DNA from: a virus | Lineage: Duplodnaviria > Caudoviricetes | Virus record (IMG/VR): IMGVR_UViG_3300021960_008509 | Span: 1-52,689 of that record | Reading direction: 5' to 3' (one strand) | Length of the DNA: 52,689 nucleotides | Part shown: piece after piece, positions 26,990-36,147 of the stretch | Layout: each line of letters opens with the position of its first letter | Numbering within the stretch: position 1 is the first letter of the stretch | The notes under the pieces: model-generated | Told to the model about the DNA's origin: nothing | Seen by the model: only the letters and a program-made list of their open reading frames with translations | The model's database searches: none | Translations under genes and position numbers: made by a program

Positions 26990-27889
26990 ATGAGTTTTAA
27001 AAACTTAAAGCGCGACCGCGCAAATTCAATCTCCAAACTAGTCGGTGCGGCAAGTGCCACTAATGGATCTGCTGAAAAAAAATCATATGTCGATGATCGC
27101 TTCTGGAAACCTACTGTTGATAAGGCAGGTAACGGTTATGCTGTAATTCGATTCCTCCCTGCGACTGAAGGTAGTGAACTACCATGGGTACGCTTCTGGG
27201 ATCATGGTTTCAAAGGTCCAACCGGACAATGGTATATCGAGAAGTCATTAACTTCTATCGGTCAACAGGATCCAGTATCCGAAGCAAATACCAAACTCTG
27301 GAATTCTGGAGATGAGCGTGACAAGGATATTGCACGTGAACGTAAACGTCGGCTGCATTATGTCTCGAACATTTTAGTTGAATCTGATTCGAGCAACCCT
27401 CAAAACGAAGGTCAGGTCTTTCTGTTTACCTATGGTAAGAAGATCTTTGATAAGGTTATGGATGTCATGCAACCACAGTTTGCTGATGAAGATCCTATCA
27501 ATCCTTTTGATTTCTGGGAAGGAGCATCCTTTAAACTCAAGATTCGTAATGTCGAAGGATATCGTAACTACGACAAATCAGAGTTTGCTAAATCAAGCAC
27601 ACTTTCTGAGAGCGATGAAGAGTTAGAAGAGATCTATGAACGAATCTATGATCTAGGTGAGTTTGAAGATCCGAGTGGTCCCCACTACAAGACATATGAT
27701 GAGTTGTCTCAACGACTTAACATGGTACTTGGTGTTGCACCTTCACGCACAACGTTTAGTGAAACCGCAGACTTTGCTGCTCCGGCAGAACCTAAATCTG
27801 CTCCCGCGCCGACAATGGCAACGGAAGATGCGGATGAAGGTGAGGAGGACACGATGTCTTACTTTGCTAAACTTGCAGCAGAAGATTAA
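26990..27889 (+). CDS. gp32: Single-stranded DNA-binding protein gp32
   Basis: DDRFWKP..DKAGNGYAVIRFLP, YGKKIFDK, NPFDFWEGA.FKLK, YRNYDKSEF, acidic tail. Confidence 0.96.
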   Translation: MSFKNLKRDRANSISKLVGAASATNGSAEKKSYVDDRFWKPTVDKAGNGYAVIRFLPATEGSELPWVRFWDHGFKGPTGQWYIEKSLTSIGQQDPVSEANTKLWNSGDERDKDIARERKRRLHYVSNILVESDSSNPQNEGQVFLFTYGKKIFDKVMDVMQPQFADEDPINPFDFWEGASFKLKIRNVEGYRNYDKSEFAKSSTLSESDEELEEIYERIYDLGEFEDPSGPHYKTYDELSQRLNMVLGVAPSRTTFSETADFAAPAEPKSAPAPTMATEDADEGEEDTMSYFAKLAAED

Positions 27890-27913
27890 GGCGCGAGTTA
27901 TCTCTGCCTTGCT

Positions 27914-27938
27914 AAGGGACCTTCGGGTCCCTTTTTTT
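27914..27938 (+). terminator. Rho-independent terminator with a cUUCGg tetraloop
   Basis: AAGGGACC-TTCG-GGTCCCTTTTTTT between convergent genes. Confidence 0.92.
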
Positions 27939-29301
27939 ATCCCCAATTGTTCTTCTTTCCTTCCCTTTTTGCCGCAGGATCTTCCGCGGCTCCCGCATCA
28001 ACTGTTGTTTGACTATTGGTGGTCACGGTGTTTGTAGAGTTATCTGAAACGTTAGTAGATCCATTTCTCTCTGCATCTCTAAGTGCTTGCTGCTCTTTTC
28101 TAAGTCTTTCCTGTTCTTCTCTTTGTTCGATGCGTTTATTTCGGGCAATGATAGTGGGGTTCTCGTCATCCGGAGTATTGAAGTAATCGAAGATGGCACC
28201 AATTTTATCATCAAACCATGTTGCAATCAGATCAGTAAGTCCTCGGATACCATCTAGTATCATTTCAGTAAACGAAAATTCGTCCAATCTTTTCATGAAA
28301 TTGCCGAGAAAGGTTTCTTCATTGTACGTACCGTCTTCATTGAATGAATCCGGAAAGAATAATTTGGCAACACCTTTGGTAATTAGACCTATTGCACCTA
28401 CTACAAGATCTAGAAGACCCCCAATAAAAGATCCTGATGCCCCTCCAATAAATCCAAATGCTGCTCGAATAGATTTAGACACCCATCCTTCATCCTTTGC
28501 ATCTGCTTGCTCTACACCAAAGATTGCTTCTTTGATCCCATCATAGACAGCCATACCCCATGCCACAACACGAAGCAATGCACTGTTCAAAAACCCCCCG
28601 ACAATTTTTCCTATACGAGAATTCTTTATATAATCTGCAATTTTACCTGCTTGTTCTCCAACCACCGTACCTATCTTCGTAGCAAATGCTCCAATCCTAT
28701 CACCGGCACTGGTCATGAAGGTAGTTAAAGGTTTTAAAAAGTTTTGAACTGCCCAACCCAATCTCATAAATTTAGTCTGAAATTTATTTAAGTTGGACTT
28801 CATCATCTTACCAGTTTCGGGATCTTGCATTGCGCCATTCCATGGAATCCTTTTACCATTGAGGTCAGTCAAACCAAGTTTGTGAGTGATAGCATTTCGA
28901 ATGTTCCGAATGACGTTTCGTATCCTGTCTGAAACCATAGTGCCAATCTTACCAATGTTCATTGCTCCCTTGATCTTGGCAGTCATATCTTTCATACCAA
29001 CAAGACCAAAGTTAGATGCCATGAACCCCGCAATGACGCTTGCCAGAGTAGGAAAAGACATCATGTCTTTCAGACTGCCCCCCAGACTGCTCATACTAGA
29101 TGCAACAGACCCCTTGTCGGTTGCAGTGTCAGGTACATCATTGCCCGTCAATCGATCCTTTCGCATCTGTTCGAAAAACTCATTGAAATTACGATTAATC
29201 TGTTGTAATTCTATATTGTTTTCAGAGGTCAGATTAAGAGTCTGTTCACTGGTTCCCCGTAACGAACCTATCGCACTTGCGAGAACTGCATCGTTAGCCA
29301 T
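27937..29301 (-). CDS. Probable tape measure / baseplate hub protein (gp29-like)
   Basis: Gly/Ala-rich amphipathic helical sequence, downstream of gp26/gp51. Confidence 0.6.
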   Translation of the reverse strand: MANDAVLASAIGSLRGTSEQTLNLTSENNIELQQINRNFNEFFEQMRKDRLTGNDVPDTATDKGSVASSMSSLGGSLKDMMSFPTLASVIAGFMASNFGLVGMKDMTAKIKGAMNIGKIGTMVSDRIRNVIRNIRNAITHKLGLTDLNGKRIPWNGAMQDPETGKMMKSNLNKFQTKFMRLGWAVQNFLKPLTTFMTSAGDRIGAFATKIGTVVGEQAGKIADYIKNSRIGKIVGGFLNSALLRVVAWGMAVYDGIKEAIFGVEQADAKDEGWVSKSIRAAFGFIGGASGSFIGGLLDLVVGAIGLITKGVAKLFFPDSFNEDGTYNEETFLGNFMKRLDEFSFTEMILDGIRGLTDLIATWFDDKIGAIFDYFNTPDDENPTIIARNKRIEQREEQERLRKEQQALRDAERNGSTNVSDNSTNTVTTNSQTTVDAGAAEDPAAKREGKKNNWG

Positions 29302-29479
29302 TATTTTGTTTCCTTTTCTCGTTCTCTTCTTCTATTTTTTGGTTCAACAGTATGATATAAATTTCCCTCTCCCAAGGCATCATATGATCTAACTCATATA
29401 ATGAAAATTTCTCGTGGTACAACAATTCAAAATTAGTCTTATAATGATTCGCGAGATTATCATGAGAGAGGCATATTAA
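29294..29479 (-). CDS. gp51: gp51-like baseplate hub assembly protein; the reading frame has no upstream ATG
   Basis: Hand translation LICLSHDNLANHYKTNFELLYHEKFSLYELDHMMPWEREIYIILLNQKIEEENEKRKQNNG; the PWERxIY signature; lies in the -1 frame relative to the gp26 stop. Confidence 0.78.
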   Translation of the reverse strand, partial: LICLSHDNLANHYKTNFELLYHEKFSLYELDHMMPWEREIYIILLNQKIEEENEKRKQNNG

Positions 29480-30189
29480 AAAAAACTATTGATTCCTTCT
29501 AGTGTATGTTGGTTCTTTGCACTGCACGATGAGCAATCAAACTTAATATCGTGCTTCAACTTGGGCATCGTGTTAACGAAATCCGATACTAAGGAAAATT
29601 GTTTCGCATTCATCGAGTTAATAAAATCTGTTAACTCTTCGTTAGTACAATCTTCTGCCAGAGTTCTTTCGTCTTCATGAGACACCGCATGAATACATTT
29701 TGTTGCAATACTAAACGTACTTTCGATTTGGTTTTTTTCTAACGCTTCCATATCCAATTCACATATGTCCGTGTAAGAAGGGTATTTCAATTCAACGGTA
29801 GTATCTTCGTTTAACTGTACCGGGTCTTGCCAATCGTTGGGCACCTTTACCGTTAGTTTATCAAGAGCAATCGATACCTCGTTTGGCACTTTACACTCAG
29901 AACAAGGCATAGTCATATCAACACTTTCACCAACACTTTTGGCACGAACCTGAGTGAACATGTATTCTACATCAAAGGTTGTAAGAGAGTTCGGATCAAT
30001 CTTATCTTGTATGCAATTAATAAGTGTGTTCAGAATTGCGCTCATTGCCTGTTTAGTATCTTGTTGTTCTGCCGCAATCATCAATACCTTTTCTTCTTTT
30101 ACCAAATAAGGTCGGTATTTAATCTTTTTCTTACTCGACGGTATTGTCAAATTGTATATGGGTGCATCATTGAGTTTAGGTAATGCCAT
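29476..30189 (-). CDS. gp26: Baseplate hub assembly chaperone gp26
   Basis: MALPKL, YRPYLVKEEKVL, FDVEY.F..VRAKSVGE, two CxxC pairs, LEGINSFF end. Confidence 0.9.
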   Translation of the reverse strand: MALPKLNDAPIYNLTIPSSKKKIKYRPYLVKEEKVLMIAAEQQDTKQAMSAILNTLINCIQDKIDPNSLTTFDVEYMFTQVRAKSVGESVDMTMPCSECKVPNEVSIALDKLTVKVPNDWQDPVQLNEDTTVELKYPSYTDICELDMEALEKNQIESTFSIATKCIHAVSHEDERTLAEDCTNEELTDFINSMNAKQFSLVSDFVNTMPKLKHDIKFDCSSCSAKNQHTLEGINSFF

Positions 30190-30196
30190 ATTGTAA

Positions 30197-30901
30197 TCAT
30201 CCTATTTTAAATTTATCAAATATATCAAATAAACTATCGAGAAATCCCGATGGTTGGTCCGTTGACTGGGTGACCCAATCTTTATATGAAAAGGAAACAT
30301 TAATATCTATTAACCCATCCATATTATCATCAGACATTGTTACTCCGACAACTGCCGCAGGATATGCCTCTAGAATTCTGACTTTGTATGCTACCTTATC
30401 GTTGGTGACAAGATCAAGATCGATCTCTCCCTGCCTAAAGTTGATAGGTCCAATAGTCGGAAGACGATTCTTAATAAATGTAGGTAAAGGTAAATCAAAT
30501 TCTTTCTTGAAAAGAGGTAATCCTACACCTTTTTTTAGAATAGAGATTTCAATATCTCGTACATAATCGTTGTAATAACCTACTTCTCCGGTATCTCGAT
30601 TGACTGCCGAAGCTTGCCATGCATTGAAATATGTCAAGACTGCCGGATCATTCATCACTCGGAAAGTCATCGACAATTCGCCTACTGCTTGACCATGGAC
30701 AATGTTTCTCGTGAACATACCTATTTGTCTTTGGGTAGTGTTTAAGTTACGACCCGGAACAGAAACGTTTTTACAGACAAGGTTTAGTTCTTCAGACCCT
30801 ATCACACTTGAGGGAGGTAGTTTAACGAGGTACAGGTTTCCTCGCATCAACCCTCCACGATTAGTGATAACTCCCATTAATTGATCTATGCTATTGGTCA
30901 T
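30197..30901 (-). CDS. Tail tube initiator (gp54/gp19-like)
   Basis: CKNVSVPG, YFNAWQ, GYYNDYV, EAYP, VSFSY tube-fold pattern. Confidence 0.72.
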   Translation of the reverse strand: MTNSIDQLMGVITNRGGLMRGNLYLVKLPPSSVIGSEELNLVCKNVSVPGRNLNTTQRQIGMFTRNIVHGQAVGELSMTFRVMNDPAVLTYFNAWQASAVNRDTGEVGYYNDYVRDIEISILKKGVGLPLFKKEFDLPLPTFIKNRLPTIGPINFRQGEIDLDLVTNDKVAYKVRILEAYPAAVVGVTMSDDNMDGLIDINVSFSYKDWVTQSTDQPSGFLDSLFDIFDKFKIG

Positions 30902-31483
30902 TTAGATCTTTCCTCTAGAATCTTTCCAAACTTGTTGTTGACTTGCCTGAGAAAATTGTTGGGTTGGTAGAAAGGTGGCAATTTCCCACTCTGGTGCAGG
31001 AACATATGCAAGACTCCCTTCAACTTGTTTCGTTAAGTAGTGCTTAAAACAGGGTTTAAAATATTTCAACTTTGAGGCACGTTTTAAGTATTCGTATGAT
31101 AGTTCGAATCGTGTAGTTTCATCATACTTGTTGTTATTTGTTTGGTCCATCAACCCGTCAAGAAACTTTGCGCGTAGTGTCATCGGAAGATAATGAAGGT
31201 TGAGACCGTAGAATCCTCCTTTAATCGACTCCACAAAAATGATGAGGGGAAAATTATCCCAGTAAGGAAGGGTTGCCTTTGTCTTGGGGTCGTAGAAAAA
31301 CATATACATTCCCCCAACACCACCTCGATTCCGCATGATAATTTCATCTTCTCGCATTAAACTGCGCCTATTTACGCGCATATTCGACACTTTCTTGCGG
31401 AACCAGTCACGAGACTGCCTAGTGCGCGGTGTAATACCAGCACGAAATGCTTCTTGTTCTACTGTTTGAAAGAGATTACTCAT
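30902..31483 (-). CDS. gp2: DNA end protector gp2
   Basis: YDPKTKATLPYWDNFPL, GLNLHYLP, KHYL, FLPT. Confidence 0.92.
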   Translation of the reverse strand: MSNLFQTVEQEAFRAGITPRTRQSRDWFRKKVSNMRVNRRSLMREDEIIMRNRGGVGGMYMFFYDPKTKATLPYWDNFPLIIFVESIKGGFYGLNLHYLPMTLRAKFLDGLMDQTNNNKYDETTRFELSYEYLKRASKLKYFKPCFKHYLTKQVEGSLAYVPAPEWEIATFLPTQQFSQASQQQVWKDSRGKI

Positions 31484-31488
31484 AACTG

Positions 31489-31977
31489 TTATTTATTCTT
31501 TTTCTTACTGAATTTAGGAAGTGGTTTCATTTTTTTATAAGGTTTTGGCATGATACCCATTGCGGTTAAAGTTTTTTCTGTCCAAATCTCAAATCCCCAC
31601 CCTCGATCTTTAGCATATTCCCTCGCCGCCTCCCACTTATTCTGGTTTTTAACAAACGTATAACCTTCAGTGATATATCTTTTGGTTCGCTTGTCACCCT
31701 TTGGCGGCTTGGTTTCTTTGTCCGGTTTGACTTCAATCAAAGTTGTTTTATTCCTCACAGTAGTAATTTTGAAGTCCATAAAATATCGATGATATCTTTT
31801 ATCTATATCATAGTAGTAAGGTATTACGGTTTCTTCACTACTCCAAGATTTAATATCGGACGAATTATCGAAATGTACCATACAATGCCGTTCCCACATA
31901 CTACGAAAATAGACTTTTGTAGGATCCCCGATATACTTTTCGGGGTTTTTTGGTTTGTATCTTCCTGAGTATGCCAT
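31489..31977 (-). CDS. gp4: Head completion nuclease gp4
   Basis: YSGRYKPKNPEKYIGD, RSMWE, WSSEE..IPY, HRYFMDF, IEVKP, NQNKWEAA. Confidence 0.93.
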   Translation of the reverse strand: MAYSGRYKPKNPEKYIGDPTKVYFRSMWERHCMVHFDNSSDIKSWSSEETVIPYYYDIDKRYHRYFMDFKITTVRNKTTLIEVKPDKETKPPKGDKRTKRYITEGYTFVKNQNKWEAAREYAKDRGWGFEIWTEKTLTAMGIMPKPYKKMKPLPKFSKKKNK

Positions 31978-31984
31978 AAAAGGG

Positions 31985-32017
31985 TATAAATAATGATCAT
32001 CAACTTCTATATTTAGG
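31985..32017. promoter_or_regulatory. Divergent late promoters
   Basis: TATAAATA on + at 31985-31992 toward gp48; CTAAATA on - at 32010-32016 toward gp4. Confidence 0.65.
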
Positions 32018-32024
32018 CACTTTT

Positions 32025-33026
32025 ATGGCAAGGTTAAAATATCCTTTGGAACGACAAGGAGAATATAAAGGACGAATTGTCTTCGAATTGCTTGAAGTAC
32101 AACCTTTGGAAGCGGGTTCCATTGCAGAATTAGGGTTTGTCTCAAAAGTGTTTAGTGAAAATACTCTTAGTCGAATTCGAAAAAATACCGATGGTGGTGA
32201 GTCTGAAAGTGAAGAAGAACTGACAGAATCCGAGAAGGAAAAATTAAAAGCAGATCTTAAAGCAGCAGATAAACAATTGCAGGGAGACGAAAACCGATCA
32301 TACGAAAAAACAGGAACGACTAGAAACAGCGGTGATCGTGTTGTTCTTTATCTGCCTCCGTCAATTTCGATTCAAGATGCTGTAACTTATGAGAATCTAA
32401 ACTTGGGTTTTATAGGTGGTGGTGTAGAGGCAGGTGTTAAGGGTGGAGGAAGTGTTGTTGGAAGCGCCGTAAATGCGGCAGGAGCAGGAATCAGTTCATT
32501 CATATCTGCTATGGGGGCAGGTAAAGCATTAGACGGGCCCATGGCACGTCTTGCTCTAACTCAAGCAGCCTCTCAAGGCGGAGATCAAATAGGGGGAGCG
32601 GTACGAGGATTGACAAGGACGGCCGTTAATCCTAATGCCCGAACTTTGTTCCGTGAGGTTCCAATACGTTCTATACCATTTTCTTTTCGCATGGTGGCAA
32701 CCAGCAAAAGAGAAGCAGAAGAAATTAAAAAAATTGTTAAGTTCTTTAGAACTGAAATGTATCCCGAAGAAATTAAAACTCAGTTAGCAGGAACGGAGTT
32801 GTCCGTGGGGTACAAATTTCCCAATCCGTTTAAGATCAAAATGCAGTACGATAAGAAAACGGTTGCGACTCAGTTCCTTGATTGTTACCTTCAATCATTT
32901 AGTGCAACTTATAATCAAAACGGTCCTGTCATGCATTCGGACGGTAACTTTGTGGAGGTTGATATATCAATGACGTTTATAGAGACTCGTGCATTGTCTA
33001 GAAGTAAAATAGAAGAGGGATTGTAA
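32025..33026 (+). CDS. gp48: Baseplate tail tube cap gp48
   Basis: LKYP, LYLPP, VNPN...LF, FSF, EAEEIKKIVKFFR..MYP. Confidence 0.85.
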   Translation: MARLKYPLERQGEYKGRIVFELLEVQPLEAGSIAELGFVSKVFSENTLSRIRKNTDGGESESEEELTESEKEKLKADLKAADKQLQGDENRSYEKTGTTRNSGDRVVLYLPPSISIQDAVTYENLNLGFIGGGVEAGVKGGGSVVGSAVNAAGAGISSFISAMGAGKALDGPMARLALTQAASQGGDQIGGAVRGLTRTAVNPNARTLFREVPIRSIPFSFRMVATSKREAEEIKKIVKFFRTEMYPEEIKTQLAGTELSVGYKFPNPFKIKMQYDKKTVATQFLDCYLQSFSATYNQNGPVMHSDGNFVEVDISMTFIETRALSRSKIEEGL

Positions 33027-33027
33027 G

Positions 33028-33933
33028 ATGCCGTATTTTAAAAATTTTCCTCTTACCCCATATCGTTTTGGGGATAATGCTACGAGTACATTTTTTCAGA
33101 ATGCTTCTCTTTATGTTGATCTTATCGATAATATATCTGATGAGTTGACGTTTTATAATAAAGAAACTATATTAGACGGGGATCGTCCTGATACACTTTC
33201 ATGGAAACTCTATGGAACAACCGATCATTACTGGACATTCTTTTTACTCAATCCGACTCTCCGAGAAACCGACTGGCCTAAACCTTACGAAGAGTTAGAT
33301 AATATCACTGCTAATCTTTATCCAGGAGTATTCATTGACTATGACAACGTAAACAGTTACAGTAGTGGAACCTATACCAAACAGCAATTTTTTGATTTGT
33401 TTGATCCTTCAATTGACCAAACGATTACCATGGGTCTTTCTTCCGGCAAATTTAATAGTGTGTCTATGAATGCTAGACGCAATCATGATCTTGCCCAAGT
33501 ATACCTAGAACCAGTATCAAGTTCATTCACAACACGAGATCCATATGCTCAGTATGAAAACTCCGCATTCAAACCCGGAGACAGTGATGGATACTCTATT
33601 GAAACAAGTTTGTCTGACAATATGACAGGTCTTCGCTTTAAAGATTTTGTTTATCCTCAGATAGACAAAACTATAACAGTGGGTGGTCTGACAATTACTT
33701 TTTCTTCGATAGAGTTAGTATCAGAGGCAATTCATCACTTCGAAAACTCTTCAAAAGAATGGTCTGATGTGACTTATACTTCTAATGTAACTTATACGTA
33801 TGGATCACTTGCACCCGTAACACATTTAGAACATGTCACTAACCTTAATAATAAACAAAAAGAAATTATTGTATTTAAACCCGATGTCATTGATAAGGTT
33901 GTTCAAGAATTTCAGAAAGCAGTGAAAGCCTAA
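33028..33933 (+). CDS. gp53: Baseplate wedge gp53
   Basis: YFKNFP, DGDRPDTLS..LYG...YWTFFLLN, DWP. Confidence 0.88.
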   Translation: MPYFKNFPLTPYRFGDNATSTFFQNASLYVDLIDNISDELTFYNKETILDGDRPDTLSWKLYGTTDHYWTFFLLNPTLRETDWPKPYEELDNITANLYPGVFIDYDNVNSYSSGTYTKQQFFDLFDPSIDQTITMGLSSGKFNSVSMNARRNHDLAQVYLEPVSSSFTTRDPYAQYENSAFKPGDSDGYSIETSLSDNMTGLRFKDFVYPQIDKTITVGGLTITFSSIELVSEAIHHFENSSKEWSDVTYTSNVTYTYGSLAPVTHLEHVTNLNNKQKEIIVFKPDVIDKVVQEFQKAVKA

Positions 33934-35270
33934 TGGCAGTCACTCCTACTTTAGAGCAAGAATTTAAATTTGTTGAAGCATTTATTTCAGCAGATAGGTT
34001 AGGTGAGGAAGAAATAGATGTCACTCAGCGTATCTATGAATTAGTCATATATGAAAGCATGGAAACTCCATACCTCGAAGGAGAGGTTGCCATATCAGAT
34101 GATGCGGCATTGATGGAAAAAATAAAGATTCAAGGGACCGAACTCTTAACGGTGTCGCTTACTGGAGTAGAACGAGGCCTCGATCCAAAAATTGCTAAGA
34201 CCTTTGTCATGTATAATATGAAACGGGCAGTACGAGGAACAGATAATACTAACGTGTACTTATTTGATCTTATAGAACCTCATGCATATTATAATGAACT
34301 GAAAACATATAGTCGCGCATACACCGGCAAAATTGAAAATGTAATTACTCAGATTATTAACTCTGAACTGGGACAAAAAGTTGATCAATCATATCTAATC
34401 AAAGAAGGATCTGCTCAAAACATTATCAAATACCTTGTCCCTTATCTCACCCCTCTTGAAGCATGTGACATATTAAGAGATCGAGCAACAACTCGAAACG
34501 GATCTCCCTTTTTTCTTTATGCTTCTTTATATGACAATGCACTCCGACTTGGAGACTTGGACAAAATTTTACAACAGAACGCATACAACAAAAAACTTCC
34601 CATGATTTATTCGGGTGCCGCAGTTGCCAACACCGAAGATCAAGATCAGATGCGTAAAGCATCGATTATTAAAAATGTTACTCGAAGAAATCAAAACGAC
34701 ACGCGAAGTGATTTCGAACAAGGTAGTATCAGTTCTTTCTACACCAACACTGATTTGTCAACTGGTATATCATATCGAACTCACACAAGAATACAAGACG
34801 TTCTAAACTCTATGGAAACTGGAAAGATTATCCAGAGTAAAGATCAGTCTATATATGATGAGGATCAAAAACACGAGGGTAAGCGAGTAGACACTTTCAA
34901 TCCTGTCTATCATCATCAGATTAGTTCTTCCAACTCTTTTGGAAATATTCGAAGTATTCACGATGAACCCAATGCGGATTCGTTTTCTTTAAAAGTACGT
35001 AATTATATGCTTCGAGATGCCCTCTATAAAAACATGATAAATGTCTCAATATCCGGAGTAACCATGATGGCGGCTAGTGCGGGTGTTGGGGATATCATTC
35101 GTCTCAATTTTTTAAAGGGTTCTAATACAACAGAAGGTGAAAAGGATCCTTTGGATAAAAGACAGTCTGGTGATTATATTATATATCGGGCAAAACATAT
35201 GTTTAGACAGACTACTCACAATGTATCTGTTGGGGCAACGCGAATTGTTTACACCGAGGATCTGAACTAA
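33933..35270 (+). CDS. Baseplate hub protein (gp27-like)
   Basis: IYES...PYL.G, SGDYII...H; located between gp53 and gp5. Confidence 0.65.
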   Translation: MAVTPTLEQEFKFVEAFISADRLGEEEIDVTQRIYELVIYESMETPYLEGEVAISDDAALMEKIKIQGTELLTVSLTGVERGLDPKIAKTFVMYNMKRAVRGTDNTNVYLFDLIEPHAYYNELKTYSRAYTGKIENVITQIINSELGQKVDQSYLIKEGSAQNIIKYLVPYLTPLEACDILRDRATTRNGSPFFLYASLYDNALRLGDLDKILQQNAYNKKLPMIYSGAAVANTEDQDQMRKASIIKNVTRRNQNDTRSDFEQGSISSFYTNTDLSTGISYRTHTRIQDVLNSMETGKIIQSKDQSIYDEDQKHEGKRVDTFNPVYHHQISSSNSFGNIRSIHDEPNADSFSLKVRNYMLRDALYKNMINVSISGVTMMAASAGVGDIIRLNFLKGSNTTEGEKDPLDKRQSGDYIIYRAKHMFRQTTHNVSVGATRIVYTEDLN

Positions 35271-35271
35271 G

Positions 35272-36147
35272 ATGAGCATGACTCCTTACACAATTCCCAA
35301 AGACTTTTATGGTGATCGTAATCGGTGGTTTATCGGTACTATAGTAAATGCTACACCTCCTGCCGGATACGAGGGACGTGTCCGAGTACGTATACATGGT
35401 GTGCATAGTATATACACTGGAGACGTAAAGGAAAGTGATCTACCATGGGCACAAGTGTTGATACCAACCACAGAGGGTGGCATTTCGGGTCTGGGTCGCA
35501 TACCTCAAATTTCTGCTGGTGCAAGTGTATTCGGCATCTTCCTTGATGGTAAAACTTCTCAGTTGCCATTAGTCCTTGGATCCGTTCCTCGAAATGAATT
35601 ACCTTCTACCACACAACAACGGGCAGGTCAAGATATAAATTCATTTCAATTTAATCAAGAAAAACTATTGAATGTTGTCACTGTCTCTTTACTGGGAGAC
35701 ACTTCACGTACAGGTTTACCAACGGTTACAAAGATCTTACGGCGATCTCAAGCAATGCAATTCTTTATTGACAATGGATATCGTCCTGTACATGCGGCAG
35801 GTATCGTAGGTAACCTCGAAGCCGCATCTAAATTTTATCTCTATGAAGATGATGAAACGAAGGAGAGACAGGGGATTGCCCAATGGTCTAATCTATCAGA
35901 TAACCGACTTGGAGAACTGAAATCTTTCTCTGGTTTTTATGAACCTTCATCAGATTGGAAAACTTATTCGGTACAGTTATCGTTTGTTCTTTTTGAATTG
36001 CGTAACAAAAGAAACCTTGCCAATGTAAAATTATTGTCATCTGATAATGTACAAGATGCGGGAGATGCATTTAACAAATACTATATGAAACAGGGTCTAG
36101 AGTATACTTCTCTATGTGAAGAAGCACTTGATGGAGTGAACAATTAA
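35272..36147 (+). CDS. gp5 N-terminal OB-fold fused to a phage tail lysozyme-like domain
   Basis: WFIG, GRVRVRIHGVH, DLPWA, VFGIFLDG...Q.PLVLGS; then AAGIVGNL, GIAQW, QLSFV..EL. Confidence 0.82.
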   Translation: MSMTPYTIPKDFYGDRNRWFIGTIVNATPPAGYEGRVRVRIHGVHSIYTGDVKESDLPWAQVLIPTTEGGISGLGRIPQISAGASVFGIFLDGKTSQLPLVLGSVPRNELPSTTQQRAGQDINSFQFNQEKLLNVVTVSLLGDTSRTGLPTVTKILRRSQAMQFFIDNGYRPVHAAGIVGNLEAASKFYLYEDDETKERQGIAQWSNLSDNRLGELKSFSGFYEPSSDWKTYSVQLSFVLFELRNKRNLANVKLLSSDNVQDAGDAFNKYYMKQGLEYTSLCEEALDGVNN

